The position numbers were made by a program, and so were the translations under genes. The notes under the pieces are model-generated. The model was not told where the DNA came from and ran no database searches. It was given only the letters and a program-made list of their open reading frames with translations. Of a stretch of 64,000 bases of DNA, positions 18,959 to 28,322 are shown in pieces (the first letter of the stretch is position 1; every line of letters starts with the position of its first letter). The DNA is from an uncultured Candidatus Saccharibacteria bacterium (GTDB taxonomy: Bacteria; Patescibacteriota; Saccharimonadia; Saccharimonadales; JALRHH01). The stretch is from assembly GCA_964474995.1 (NCBI GenBank), contig CAYYUY010000005.1, positions 7,816-71,815 on the forward strand, given 5' to 3'.

Positions 18959-19450
18959 ATGGCCGAACAATCAGTGACCACCGAGCAAGCATTTGACCTC
19001 GCATGGCAGGCAGAGATGCATCACATCGATGCTTATGTTGGCTATCCGGACGTCCAGCAAGACATCCTTGCAACGCGTGCAGCCGAATTACTTGCACCTT
19101 CAGTTGAGACCGTACAGCCAGACATACCCAAGACCATCTATTTAGCGACGAGCGAGCCCGTCATCATGCATGCAGCTCGAACGGGCAGAGAAACAGAACG
19201 CACAGACAAGATCGGCCAGATAATTGCAAAAAACCCTCAGATTCATCTCGAGGCAATGCTTGAGCAGCTATCTCAGTTACGGCTTGATCAGCGGACTGCG
19301 GCAGGGCTCGTAGTATCGATATTGCAAGGACATTTTGACGATGATTCAGAGGAAAGGCAGCTACTCGATAAGTCGTGGGACGAGGCAGTCAAAGTGCTTG
19401 ATCGCTTTCGGGGTCATGTCACCCTTGTCAAAACAACAAAAATTAGCTAA
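18959..19450 (+). CDS. Hypothetical protein
   Basis: 163-aa ORF, 4 nt after the previous gene, GAAGGA SD. Confidence 0.7.
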   Translation: MAEQSVTTEQAFDLAWQAEMHHIDAYVGYPDVQQDILATRAAELLAPSVETVQPDIPKTIYLATSEPVIMHAARTGRETERTDKIGQIIAKNPQIHLEAMLEQLSQLRLDQRTAAGLVVSILQGHFDDDSEERQLLDKSWDEAVKVLDRFRGHVTLVKTTKIS

Positions 19451-19462
19451 AATAGAGCCTAA

Positions 19463-19580
19463 GTTGCCAGAGACAGTAGCGGTCTGAAAGGACTTAAGAA
19501 TGCTACCAAGGTACAAACAATCTCTTTATCGAGCGTTTGAACGTCTTTGTGTCACAGCAAAGACGTTTTTGTTTGGCAAC
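19463..19580 (+). promoter_or_regulatory. L10 leader (rplJL autoregulatory attenuator)
   Basis: AGACAGTAGC...TTAAG...GCTACCAAGGT core, then hairpin AACGTCTTTG/CAAAGACGTT with a T run, upstream of rplJ. Confidence 0.8.
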
Positions 19581-19660
19581 GACATTAGTACAAACCAAGG
19601 TCGAAGGTTTGTCGAAACAAATGGCAGTTTTACTCCGGTAAAACCGCGAAAGGGAAATTC

Positions 19661-20185
19661 ATGGCTTTAACCAAAGACAAGAAGAACGAAGTTGTTGCAG
19701 AAGTTGCTGAGTTACTCGCAAATTCTAAGATGACTGTCGTTGCGGCCTACCAAGGTACTCCTGTAAAAGCACTCCAGGCACTCCGTCGTCAGGGTAATGA
19801 GAACGGCACGCAGTTGAAGGTCGTCAAGAACCGTCTAGTCATCAAGGCTATTCAGGCAAATGACACCCTCAAGGGCGCCGATACCAGCGCACTGACCGGC
19901 ATGCTCCTGTTTGCTTTCAACAGCCAAGACGAGGTAGCTCCTGCGCAAGTGCTTGCGAAGTTTGCCAAGACCCAACCAACTCTCGAATTTGTCGGTGCTA
20001 TTAGCGCTGAAGGCAAGTTCCTGAGCTCTGACGAAGTCAAAGCCCTCGCAACACTCCCAAGCAAGAACGAGCTTATCGCTCAAGTTATTGCAACATTAAC
20101 CTCACCTGTCAATGACGTCATGAGCGGCTTGTCAGGTAATTTGCACGCTTTGCTCGACGGTGTCGAAGCCAAGGCTGCAAACTAA
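19661..20185 (+). CDS. rplJ: 50S ribosomal protein L10
   Basis: KVVKNRL, LATLPSKNELIAQ. Confidence 0.96.
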   Translation: MALTKDKKNEVVAEVAELLANSKMTVVAAYQGTPVKALQALRRQGNENGTQLKVVKNRLVIKAIQANDTLKGADTSALTGMLLFAFNSQDEVAPAQVLAKFAKTQPTLEFVGAISAEGKFLSSDEVKALATLPSKNELIAQVIATLTSPVNDVMSGLSGNLHALLDGVEAKAAN

Positions 20186-20203
20186 CGAAAGGAACCATAA
20201 ATC

Positions 20204-20581
20204 ATGGCAACTGATCTAAAGAAATTTGCAGAACAGCTCGTAGGGCTGACTGTACTCGAAGTTAACGAACTTAAGACTATCCTTAAGGATGAATACAACA
20301 TCGAACCAGCTGCTGCAGCTGTCGCTGTTGCTGGTCCTGCTGCTGAAGCTGGTCCTGCTGCTGACGAGAAGAGCGAATACGACGTTGTTCTCAAAGACGC
20401 TGGCGCCCAGAAGGTTGCAGTTATCAAGGCTGTTAAAGACATCACCGGCCTCGGCCTCGGCGAAGCTAAGGCTCTCGTTGATGGTGTTCCAAGCACAATC
20501 CTTGAAAAAGCTAAGAAGGAAGACGCTGAAACCGCCAAGAAAACTCTTGACGAAGCTGGCGCTACTGCTGAGCTCGTTTAG
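20204..20581 (+). CDS. rplL: 50S ribosomal protein L7/L12
   Basis: LTVLEVNEL, Ala hinge, [24 protein letters not shown]. Confidence 0.98.
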   Translation: MATDLKKFAEQLVGLTVLEVNELKTILKDEYNIEPAAAAVAVAGPAAEAGPAADEKSEYDVVLKDAGAQKVAVIKAVKDITGLGLGEAKALVDGVPSTILEKAKKEDAETAKKTLDEAGATAELV

Positions 20582-20600
20582 TTCATACGAACTGTACGTA

Positions 20601-20630
20601 CAAAAACCGCTCCACTGAGGGCGGTTTTTG
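20601..20630 (+). terminator. Intrinsic terminator after rplL
   Basis: AAAAACCGCTC-CACTG-AGGGCGGTTTTT. Confidence 0.8.
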
Positions 20631-20765
20631 TTATCGATACGTATATTAGAATCTAAACTTAACTTGGTGAATTATCCACAGACTCATTCAAATATTTTGA
20701 CTTCTTATATATGGGCGTGATACCGTAAAGCCATAAAGTGTTCGAGAGACACTGGAAGAAAAGAA

Positions 20766-21275
20766 ATGGCAGACGTACCAGAAAAACAAATCAAACGATT
20801 AAAGAGCCTTATACAAGAGGCAGAAACTAGTTTGGCAGCAGCCAAAGAGCTTTTGCTGTCCCTCGTCGGTGAAGACGAGCTTGTTTCTAATATCGCTCAC
20901 GATGATCAACTCGGCAAAATCATCGAAGGTGTATTTGATGGCCAAAACATGGTTGGCTCAGATGCCAAAACATACCCGGTACCTGCCAACTACGCCAGCA
21001 AGTCCAAACTCGTCCAAGGTGACATCCTCAAGCTCACCATCGCTGATGATGGTACATTCCTCTACAAGCAGATCGGTCCAATCCCTCGCAAGCAAGTCGT
21101 CGGTGTCCTTATCCAGGAAAATGGTCACTACTACGTCGATGTTGCAACACACAAGTACCGCGTACTCCTCGCCAGCGTTACCTATTTCAAGGCTAAGCCA
21201 GGCGACCAAGTCAGTGTCAACCTCCCCGAAGATGACAACCACGCCGAGTGGGCTGCACTTGAAGCTGCTCTCTAG
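20766..21275 (+). CDS. Conserved hypothetical protein (coiled N-terminus, beta-rich C-terminus)
   Basis: IEGVFDGQNM, YPVPANYASKSKLVQGD, YRVLLASVTYFK; housekeeping-like codon usage. Confidence 0.8.
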   Translation: MADVPEKQIKRLKSLIQEAETSLAAAKELLLSLVGEDELVSNIAHDDQLGKIIEGVFDGQNMVGSDAKTYPVPANYASKSKLVQGDILKLTIADDGTFLYKQIGPIPRKQVVGVLIQENGHYYVDVATHKYRVLLASVTYFKAKPGDQVSVNLPEDDNHAEWAALEAAL

Positions 21276-21311
21276 TAGCTCTATTCCTGATAATTATCGT
21301 ACAATGTTCAT

Positions 21312-21851
21312 ATGAAAATCACGAAGCGTGACGTTTTTTCTCCAGCCAACGCCAGTAGTTTGCTTGGTCTGGCACTAACAACCTATGGATCGCTTCATAT
21401 TAACTCCTTGAGTGGTGTGCTTGTTATTGGGCTCGGACGCTTCATCGACATATTTGATGGCAAGATTGCCCGCGCTACGCACACAAGCCCGTTTGGAGCG
21501 CTTGTAGACGCCACCTGCGACAAGTTAGGGCTTGCAGTACTTATCCCAGCTGCATGGTTCGGACACGTTGCTCCGTATTGGCTTCTTGGCTATATCCTTA
21601 TTCAAAATGTTGCCAACGTAATCCTCAGTCTCTGGAATGCGGCTCGCGGCGGCAAGCCGACAGCCTCACGGTTTGGCAAACACGCACTGTTTATCCAAAA
21701 CATCAGTCTGGGTAGCTACGCGCTCGGAAATGTCCTCGATAATGAGCTTTTCAAGCTTCTTGGTCTCGTACTTGGTGTTGCTAGTATCATTTGGGCTGTT
21801 CGTGCCACTGTGGGTTATGCAAAAGATTTACCTAAAAAAGTTCGTCCGTAG
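21312..21851 (+). CDS. CDP-alcohol phosphatidyltransferase (PgsA/PIP synthase-like)
   Basis: PAN, DIFDGKIAR...FGALVDATCDK signature. Confidence 0.9.
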   Translation: MKITKRDVFSPANASSLLGLALTTYGSLHINSLSGVLVIGLGRFIDIFDGKIARATHTSPFGALVDATCDKLGLAVLIPAAWFGHVAPYWLLGYILIQNVANVILSLWNAARGGKPTASRFGKHALFIQNISLGSYALGNVLDNELFKLLGLVLGVASIIWAVRATVGYAKDLPKKVRP

Positions 21852-21901
21852 CAGAAATTACAGCCCCGGCGCAGCCATAACTGGTGTATGCTTAATAGGA
21901 A

Positions 21902-23395
21902 ATGGGACAGGCACTATACCGAAAGTATCGTTCGAAGTCACTGGCTGAGATCATCGGTCAAGAACATGTGACGACAACGCTCGCAAACGCACTCAAAAAG
22001 GGCAGTGTTAGTCATGCGTATCTCCTCACTGGCCCTCGAGGCGTCGGCAAGACCAGTATTGCTCGTATCCTGGCACACGAAGTGAATAAACTTCCATATA
22101 ACGACGAAGTAACACACCTCGATATTATTGAAATTGATGCCGCCAGCAACAACGGTGTTGAACACGTTCGTGATCTCCGTGAAAAGGCTTACACCACACC
22201 GTCGTCTGCCGCCTACAAGGTCTATATCATCGACGAGGTTCACATGTTATCAAAGCCAGCGTTTAATGCGTTGCTCAAGATACTCGAGGAACCACCAGCA
22301 CATGTCATATTTATTCTGGCAACCACCGAAATCCACAAACTGCCAGAAACAATTATCAGCCGAACACAGCGGTTTACATTCAAATCTGTTGATCAAACCC
22401 AAGTCGTCGCGCACCTCAAAGATATTGCAGCTTCAGAAAAGCTCACTATTAGCGACGATGCTCTAGCCTTGATTGCCCAACACGGTGGCGGTTCTTTCCG
22501 TGACAGCATTGGCCTGCTTGACCAAGTCAGTAATACTGGCAGCAAGATTGCACTCGAAGATGTCCAGCGCATGCTGGGTATTGCGCCAGAAGCGGCTCTC
22601 GCGCAGCTCGTGGACGCCATAACCTCGGGATCAACGCAGGCGATCATTCAAATTGTGTCTCAACTTCGTGGCCAAGGCTATCAAGCGACGCAGTTGGCCA
22701 AACAATTGGCTAACGTTTTTCGTACACAACTTATCGAACAAAATGGTTCACTTGACCGCGCAGTACTAACCAGAGCCCTCAAACAACTGCTCGAAATTCC
22801 AACCAACTACGATCCAGAGACTACCTTTGAGATTGTCTTGATTGAAATTGCACTCCAGATTGACACCAGCGAACAAATTGTCGTGCCCGGGCAGCCCAAG
22901 AAAGCTGTAGCTGCCAAGGTCGCAGAAGTTAAAACACCAGTAATCGAACAGCCTGTCACACGACCAAGCAAACCAAAGCCCGAAGTTGCCACCGCTGAAT
23001 CAGTGGTTATAGAAGACGTCGCGCCTGCAACTCCTCCGAAGGAACTGCAACCATTCGATGACCAACTTTGGGACCAAATACTGTCTGCCGTAAAACGCCA
23101 CCACAACACGCTGTATAGCGTCGTTCGCATGGCAGTTCCGACCATGAGTGACGATTCACTGGTCCTTTCATTCAAATTTGCATTCCACCAACGCAAAATC
23201 AACGATCCGAAGCCAAAGCAGCTTATTGCCCAAACTATTCAAGACCTAACAGGCAAGAATGTCACTGTTTCTTGTGTTGTAGACACCACTGCAAAGGCCC
23301 CAAAACAGCCTGTTCAAGCCGCAGCCAAGCCAGCTGGACAGTCAATTGATACCATAAGCAATATTTTCGGCGGCGCCGAAGTGTTAGAATCCTAA
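21902..23395 (+). CDS. dnaX: DNA polymerase III subunit gamma/tau
   Basis: ALYRKYR, GPRGVGKTS, EIDAASN, IIDEVHML, ETIISR. Confidence 0.97.
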   Translation: MGQALYRKYRSKSLAEIIGQEHVTTTLANALKKGSVSHAYLLTGPRGVGKTSIARILAHEVNKLPYNDEVTHLDIIEIDAASNNGVEHVRDLREKAYTTPSSAAYKVYIIDEVHMLSKPAFNALLKILEEPPAHVIFILATTEIHKLPETIISRTQRFTFKSVDQTQVVAHLKDIAASEKLTISDDALALIAQHGGGSFRDSIGLLDQVSNTGSKIALEDVQRMLGIAPEAALAQLVDAITSGSTQAIIQIVSQLRGQGYQATQLAKQLANVFRTQLIEQNGSLDRAVLTRALKQLLEIPTNYDPETTFEIVLIEIALQIDTSEQIVVPGQPKKAVAAKVAEVKTPVIEQPVTRPSKPKPEVATAESVVIEDVAPATPPKELQPFDDQLWDQILSAVKRHHNTLYSVVRMAVPTMSDDSLVLSFKFAFHQRKINDPKPKQLIAQTIQDLTGKNVTVSCVVDTTAKAPKQPVQAAAKPAGQSIDTISNIFGGAEVLES

Positions 23396-23401
23396 GTAAC
23401 T

Positions 23402-24778
23402 ATGGCAGGACGGGACAACCACACGGAGGGGGCCAAGCTTCCTCCCCAGAACTTAGACGCTGAGGCCAGTCTTCTCGGTGCAGTTCTGATTGATACTGAT
23501 GCAATTGTAAAAATTGCTGACAGTGTTAGCCCAAATGACTTCTACGACGAACGTCACAAACATATTTTTGAGGCAGTCCTACACCTATACGAACGCCACA
23601 GCCCAATTGATGTGTTAACGCTGTCCGACCAACTCAGGGGCACGGGATTCCTTGATGTTATCGGTGGTCCAGCGTATCTGACCGAACTTACTAACTTTGT
23701 ACCGACCGCCACGCATGTTGAACAGTACGCTGAAATCGTGGCACAAAAATCAATGCGACGTCGCTTGATCAAGGCGTCTCAGGGTATCGTAGGCCTTGGC
23801 TATGATGAAGGTCGCACACTCCAAGAACTTATTGAAGAAGCAGAGACATCACTCTTTGAAGTCAGTCAACAGCACGTCAAACAAGACATCTCAAGCATCG
23901 AAACTATTTTGTCTGAAAGTTTTGACCGTCTCGATGAGCTCCACAAGGATAAAGGCAAACTCCGTGGTGTACCGACCGGTTTCCGTGATATGGATAACAT
24001 CCTTGCTGGACTACAGAAGTCTGACCTATTTATCCTGGCTGCTCGTCCATCAATGGGTAAGACCGCTTTTGCACTAAACTTGGCCCACAACGTGGCCGTG
24101 AAGAGCAACGAAGCTGTACTACTGTTTAGTCTCGAAATGAGTAAAGAACAGCTGGTCGACCGCATGTTGTCTATGGAATCAGGCGTTGATGCCTGGGCAC
24201 TTCGTACTGGTAACCTGACCGACACCGACTTCGAAAAGATCGGACAAGCGATGGGTACACTGTCTGAGGCCCCAATTTTCATTGATGATAGCGCCGGTAT
24301 CACCGTCAGTGATATGCGTACCAAAGCACGCCGTGAAGCACATATTCGTCCGCTTGGCCTGATCATCGTCGACTACCTGCAGCTCATGAGTGGTGGATCA
24401 CGCTTTGGTGGTGACGGCAACCGTGTACAAGAAATTTCTGAGATATCTCGTGGACTGAAGGGGATTGCTCGCGAACTCAACGTGCCAGTGATTGCGCTCA
24501 GTCAGCTGAGTCGTTCAGTCGAAAGTCGCAGCCCACAGATTCCACAACTGTCTGACCTTCGTGAATCGGGTTCAATTGAGCAAGATGCTGACGTCGTGGC
24601 GTTTATTTACCGTGAAGAGTATTACAACCCAGAATCTGAGCGAAAAAACTTGACTGATATCTTTATTAAGAAGCATCGTAACGGACCAACTGGCGCAGTC
24701 GAACTTTACTTTGACCGTGACAAACAGCGCTTCAGAAGTCTCGATACGCGCCGTAGCAGTACTCCATTCGACGAATAA
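23402..24778 (+). CDS. dnaB: Replicative DNA helicase
   Basis: PPQNLDAE, ARPSMGKT, DYLQLM, DLRESGSIEQDAD, KHRNGPTG. Confidence 0.98.
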   Translation: MAGRDNHTEGAKLPPQNLDAEASLLGAVLIDTDAIVKIADSVSPNDFYDERHKHIFEAVLHLYERHSPIDVLTLSDQLRGTGFLDVIGGPAYLTELTNFVPTATHVEQYAEIVAQKSMRRRLIKASQGIVGLGYDEGRTLQELIEEAETSLFEVSQQHVKQDISSIETILSESFDRLDELHKDKGKLRGVPTGFRDMDNILAGLQKSDLFILAARPSMGKTAFALNLAHNVAVKSNEAVLLFSLEMSKEQLVDRMLSMESGVDAWALRTGNLTDTDFEKIGQAMGTLSEAPIFIDDSAGITVSDMRTKARREAHIRPLGLIIVDYLQLMSGGSRFGGDGNRVQEISEISRGLKGIARELNVPVIALSQLSRSVESRSPQIPQLSDLRESGSIEQDADVVAFIYREEYYNPESERKNLTDIFIKKHRNGPTGAVELYFDRDKQRFRSLDTRRSSTPFDE

Positions 24779-24830
24779 TTCTCATTAATACTACCCACCG
24801 ACCTCGGTATACCGTATACTATTATCAATA

Positions 24831-26054
24831 ATGAGACGTTTACTAAAGCGTTCGCTTGAGACAATCGAACAATACTGGGTAGGGACACTAATGCTAGTGG
24901 GCACCATTGGTGTGGTATCAATGCCGCTGTGGTTTCGACTTGGCACGTTGACCAATGGTTTATCTATGGCCGAGATGCAACTTCGCTTGCAGGCAACTGC
25001 GCATCAGATCAGCTTGCATGGTATTTTGCATGATCCTTTTTTCCTACTCTACAAAATTGGCCTCTATATTCTACAGTTCATCCCACTGCACGGTGGGGGT
25101 AGCCTGCGTTCTATCAGTGCACTACTTGGCCTGGTTGGTATCATCGGTTTTTATTGGATCGTACGTATCTGGTATACGCGTCGTTTAGCGGTACTTTCTA
25201 CCGTGTTGTTTGCTTCAAGTTCGTGGCTGTTACACGTCGCCCGCTACGCCTCGATTGATAGCATGTACATTTTTCTGTTTGTCATTCTCGCAGCCTGGAC
25301 ATGGGTCAAGCGTGGTTCATACAACAGGCTGGCATTTGCATTTGCCCTGTTTGCAACCATACTCGGGCTCTATGTGCCGGGATTTATATGGTTCATCATC
25401 CCAGCAATTATCTGGCAGCGTAAAACCATCCGTAAGGCCTACCAAAGAATTCCATTGCCAGTCCTAATACCAGCCGTGCTTATTGGACTCGTGATGCTTG
25501 TACCGCTTATTATTGCGTTTGTTGCGCCTTCTATTCATGCATCTGCCAGCGGCAATATTCGTGAATTCTTCGGCCTCCCAAATGTCTTCCCATCGTTACG
25601 TCACTTCATTGGTAATTTCCTTAGCATTCCGCTGCAACTATTCGTCATTTCACCAGCTAGCTCACTGCTCAGTGTCGGTCGCTTGCCATTACTCGACATC
25701 TTTACCAGTGCCATGGTACTAATCGGTGCTATCCACCTTGGCTTCAACTATCGTCTCGACCGCAGTAAAATTGTGTTTAGCATCCTTATTATTGGTAGTC
25801 TGCTGATTGCACTCGGCGGCCCAGTACACATATCACTACTACTACCGTTCTTGTATCTACTCGCCGCCGAAGGGATTGGCTACTTGCTCAAGGAATGGCT
25901 CCGAATCTTCCCACGCAACCCATTTGCACGCTCAATGGGTGTTGGCGTTATCGCAGTTGCCATTATAATCTCGTGTGCATTCCAGCTTAGCAGCTACTTT
26001 GTAGCCTGGCCACACACCAACCTCGTTAAGTCATCGTTCACCCAGCACCCCTGA
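24831..26054 (+). CDS. GT-C fold membrane glycosyltransferase (family 39/PMT-like)
   Basis: About 10 hydrophobic segments; LRSISA, SSWLLHVAR patterns typical of PMT_2/ArnT-like proteins. Confidence 0.65.
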   Translation: MRRLLKRSLETIEQYWVGTLMLVGTIGVVSMPLWFRLGTLTNGLSMAEMQLRLQATAHQISLHGILHDPFFLLYKIGLYILQFIPLHGGGSLRSISALLGLVGIIGFYWIVRIWYTRRLAVLSTVLFASSSWLLHVARYASIDSMYIFLFVILAAWTWVKRGSYNRLAFAFALFATILGLYVPGFIWFIIPAIIWQRKTIRKAYQRIPLPVLIPAVLIGLVMLVPLIIAFVAPSIHASASGNIREFFGLPNVFPSLRHFIGNFLSIPLQLFVISPASSLLSVGRLPLLDIFTSAMVLIGAIHLGFNYRLDRSKIVFSILIIGSLLIALGGPVHISLLLPFLYLLAAEGIGYLLKEWLRIFPRNPFARSMGVGVIAVAIIISCAFQLSSYFVAWPHTNLVKSSFTQHP

Positions 26055-26094
26055 TGCTGTACAATTAATACCAGTCTACTAAAGGAGTTACATT

Positions 26095-26388
26095 ATGAGC
26101 CGTTTTGACCAAGCCAAGATGCTATTACAGGTAAAGAAGCTGCAGAAAGAATTGCAGAAAATGATTATTGAAGTTGAAAAGGGTGACGGCGCAGTACGTG
26201 TCGAGATCAGCGGCGACCAAAAGATCAAGAAGATCAACATTGATCCTGATTTTGTGGATCTTGATGATATCGGCATGCTTGAGCGTTGGCTCGAAGATGC
26301 TGTAAAAGAAGCCATTCAGGAAAGCCAGAAGATTGCTGCCGAGAAAATGCAGCCAATGATGGGCGCCCTCGGCAACCTCGGACTCTAA
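26095..26388 (+). CDS. ybaB: YbaB/EbfC nucleoid-associated protein
   Basis: GDGAVRVEISGDQKIKKINIDP; precedes recR. Confidence 0.92.
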   Translation: MSRFDQAKMLLQVKKLQKELQKMIIEVEKGDGAVRVEISGDQKIKKINIDPDFVDLDDIGMLERWLEDAVKEAIQESQKIAAEKMQPMMGALGNLGL

Positions 26389-26394
26389 TCTCGT

Positions 26395-27006
26395 ATGGCT
26401 GTACAGATTCTGCCACCTGCTCTCGAGGAGTTGATTACTGCGCTTGGCGCACTGCCAGGTGTTGGGCCACGTACCGCCGAACGGTATGCTTACTATCTGC
26501 TAAAAGCCGACAATAACACCGGACACCGTCTCAGTAGCGCCATATCAAACCTACATGACCGCGTCAGCTACTGCCACAAGACATTTGCGCTGATTGAGGC
26601 TGGCAAAGAACTGTCTGATCTTTATACTGACCCTTCGCGTGACAAACAGCTCGTCGCAGTCGTGGCCGAGCCATTCGACATACCAGCCCTTGAGAAAACA
26701 GGGCAGTTTAAAGGCACATATCATGTCCTTGGTGGCCTTGTATCACCAATCGACGGCATTGGGCCGCAACAACTACATATCGCCGAACTCGTGAAGCGTA
26801 TTGACGACGATAAAGTCTCTGAAATTATTCTCGCGACCAATGCCAGTGTTGAAGGCGAGTCAACAGCACTCTACATCCAGCAGCAAATTGGCGATCGCAA
26901 GGTCAAAATCACTCGTTTGGCTCGCGGTTTGTCTGTTGGTGTTGATCTAGAATATGCCGACCAAATCACGCTTGGGCGAGCACTCGAAGACCGACAGACT
27001 ATCTAG
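26395..27006 (+). CDS. recR: Recombination mediator RecR
   Basis: LPGVGPRTAER, YHVLGGLVSPIDGIGP, EGESTA, LEYADQITL; C4 zinc finger degenerate. Confidence 0.97.
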   Translation: MAVQILPPALEELITALGALPGVGPRTAERYAYYLLKADNNTGHRLSSAISNLHDRVSYCHKTFALIEAGKELSDLYTDPSRDKQLVAVVAEPFDIPALEKTGQFKGTYHVLGGLVSPIDGIGPQQLHIAELVKRIDDDKVSEIILATNASVEGESTALYIQQQIGDRKVKITRLARGLSVGVDLEYADQITLGRALEDRQTI

Positions 27007-27266
27007 TCAAACTTCGAGAAACGTTGGACTTGTTGACCGTTCCATTCAACAGTTTCTGTCCAGACTGCAAGTGGCCGAACAAATGACACCTCGGGGTGGA
27101 GCAGGGGCGTATAGACCACTGCCAAACCGTTTCCTTCTTCCATGACAACAATGTCACGGATCGTGTATTCGCCGCCCTTGTAGTGGCGCCATTTGCTGCC
27201 GGGAACGACTTGTGTCCGCGCCTCGGTAACCATTGCTTCTAATGTTTCGTAACTGAGTTTATCCAT
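27003..27266 (-). CDS. DUF1653 domain protein
   Basis: WRHYKGGEY, VVY, FVRPL, RF motifs. Confidence 0.88.
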   Translation of the reverse strand: MDKLSYETLEAMVTEARTQVVPGSKWRHYKGGEYTIRDIVVMEEGNGLAVVYTPLLHPEVSFVRPLAVWTETVEWNGQQVQRFSKFD

Positions 27267-27318
27267 ATACTTAAGTCTACCAGAGACGTTTCAGAGGTAA
27301 ACTGCTAAAATAGAGCTA

Positions 27319-28320
27319 ATGAACGACCAAATCAAAAATATTGTCGACAATGCAAAGCGGATTGTTATCCTCCAAGCCGATAATCCGGATGCCGATAGCC
27401 TGGGTAGCGCATTGGCGCTTGAGCAGATCCTTAGCAATGCTGGCAAGGACGTTTACTTGTACTGTGCAGTCGACATACCAAACTATCTTCGCTATCTATC
27501 CGGCTGGGATCGAATCAACTCCGACATACCATCACAGTTTGATGCGAGTATTATTGTCGATGCCTCAACGCTCTCACTATTTGAGCGTCTGACAGAGTCC
27601 GGTAGCCAAGGCTGGGTGGCTAGCAAACCATGTGTCGTGCTTGACCACCACAACACCACTGACAATTCCATTACATTTGCGAATGTAATTCTTAATGAAC
27701 CAGGCAAAAGCTCAACGGGTGAAGTTATCTATACACTTGCCAAAGCTCTTGATTGGCCACTTGATGATGTAGCCGGCGCATTCCTCATGACGTCTATCCT
27801 CGGTGACACCCAAGGCCTGACTAACGACCTGACCAAGCCAGAAACCTACCGCGTGATGGCTGACTTGGCCGAGCTCGGCGTCAATCGCCCCATACTTGAA
27901 GAGCAGCGCCGTGAAGCAAGCAAAATGGAACAAGTAATCTATAAATACAAAGCAACGTTGATTGATCGTACTGAGTTTCACCATGATAATCAAATCGCTA
28001 CAGTCAGTATTCCGCAGGTTGAAATCAACGAATACAGCCCACTGTATAATCCTGGACCACTTATTCAGGGTGACATGCTACAAGTAAAGGGCCTTCGCGT
28101 TGGTATCGTCTTTAAGACGTACGATGATGGTCGCGTAACTGGTATGATTCGCTGCAACCCAAATGCGCCAATTGGTGCACTAATTGCCAAGCAATTTGGT
28201 GGTGGTGGTCATGACTATGCGAGCGGTTTTAAGATCACGAGTGGAAAACCGTTCAATGAGATCAAGTCCGAGTGTATTGAGTTTGCGACGCAACTCCTCA
28301 ATAATCTTGATAAGGAATAA
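27319..28320 (+). CDS. DHH/DHHA1 phosphoesterase (NrnA-like)
   Basis: NPDADSLGS, LDHH, DTQG, GGGGH. Confidence 0.9.
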   Translation: MNDQIKNIVDNAKRIVILQADNPDADSLGSALALEQILSNAGKDVYLYCAVDIPNYLRYLSGWDRINSDIPSQFDASIIVDASTLSLFERLTESGSQGWVASKPCVVLDHHNTTDNSITFANVILNEPGKSSTGEVIYTLAKALDWPLDDVAGAFLMTSILGDTQGLTNDLTKPETYRVMADLAELGVNRPILEEQRREASKMEQVIYKYKATLIDRTEFHHDNQIATVSIPQVEINEYSPLYNPGPLIQGDMLQVKGLRVGIVFKTYDDGRVTGMIRCNPNAPIGALIAKQFGGGGHDYASGFKITSGKPFNEIKSECIEFATQLLNNLDKE

Positions 28321-28322
28321 TC

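Noticed and set aside
21902-23395. dnaX programmed -1 frameshift
   Set aside because: No A AAA AAG slippery site or long A run seen at the expected position
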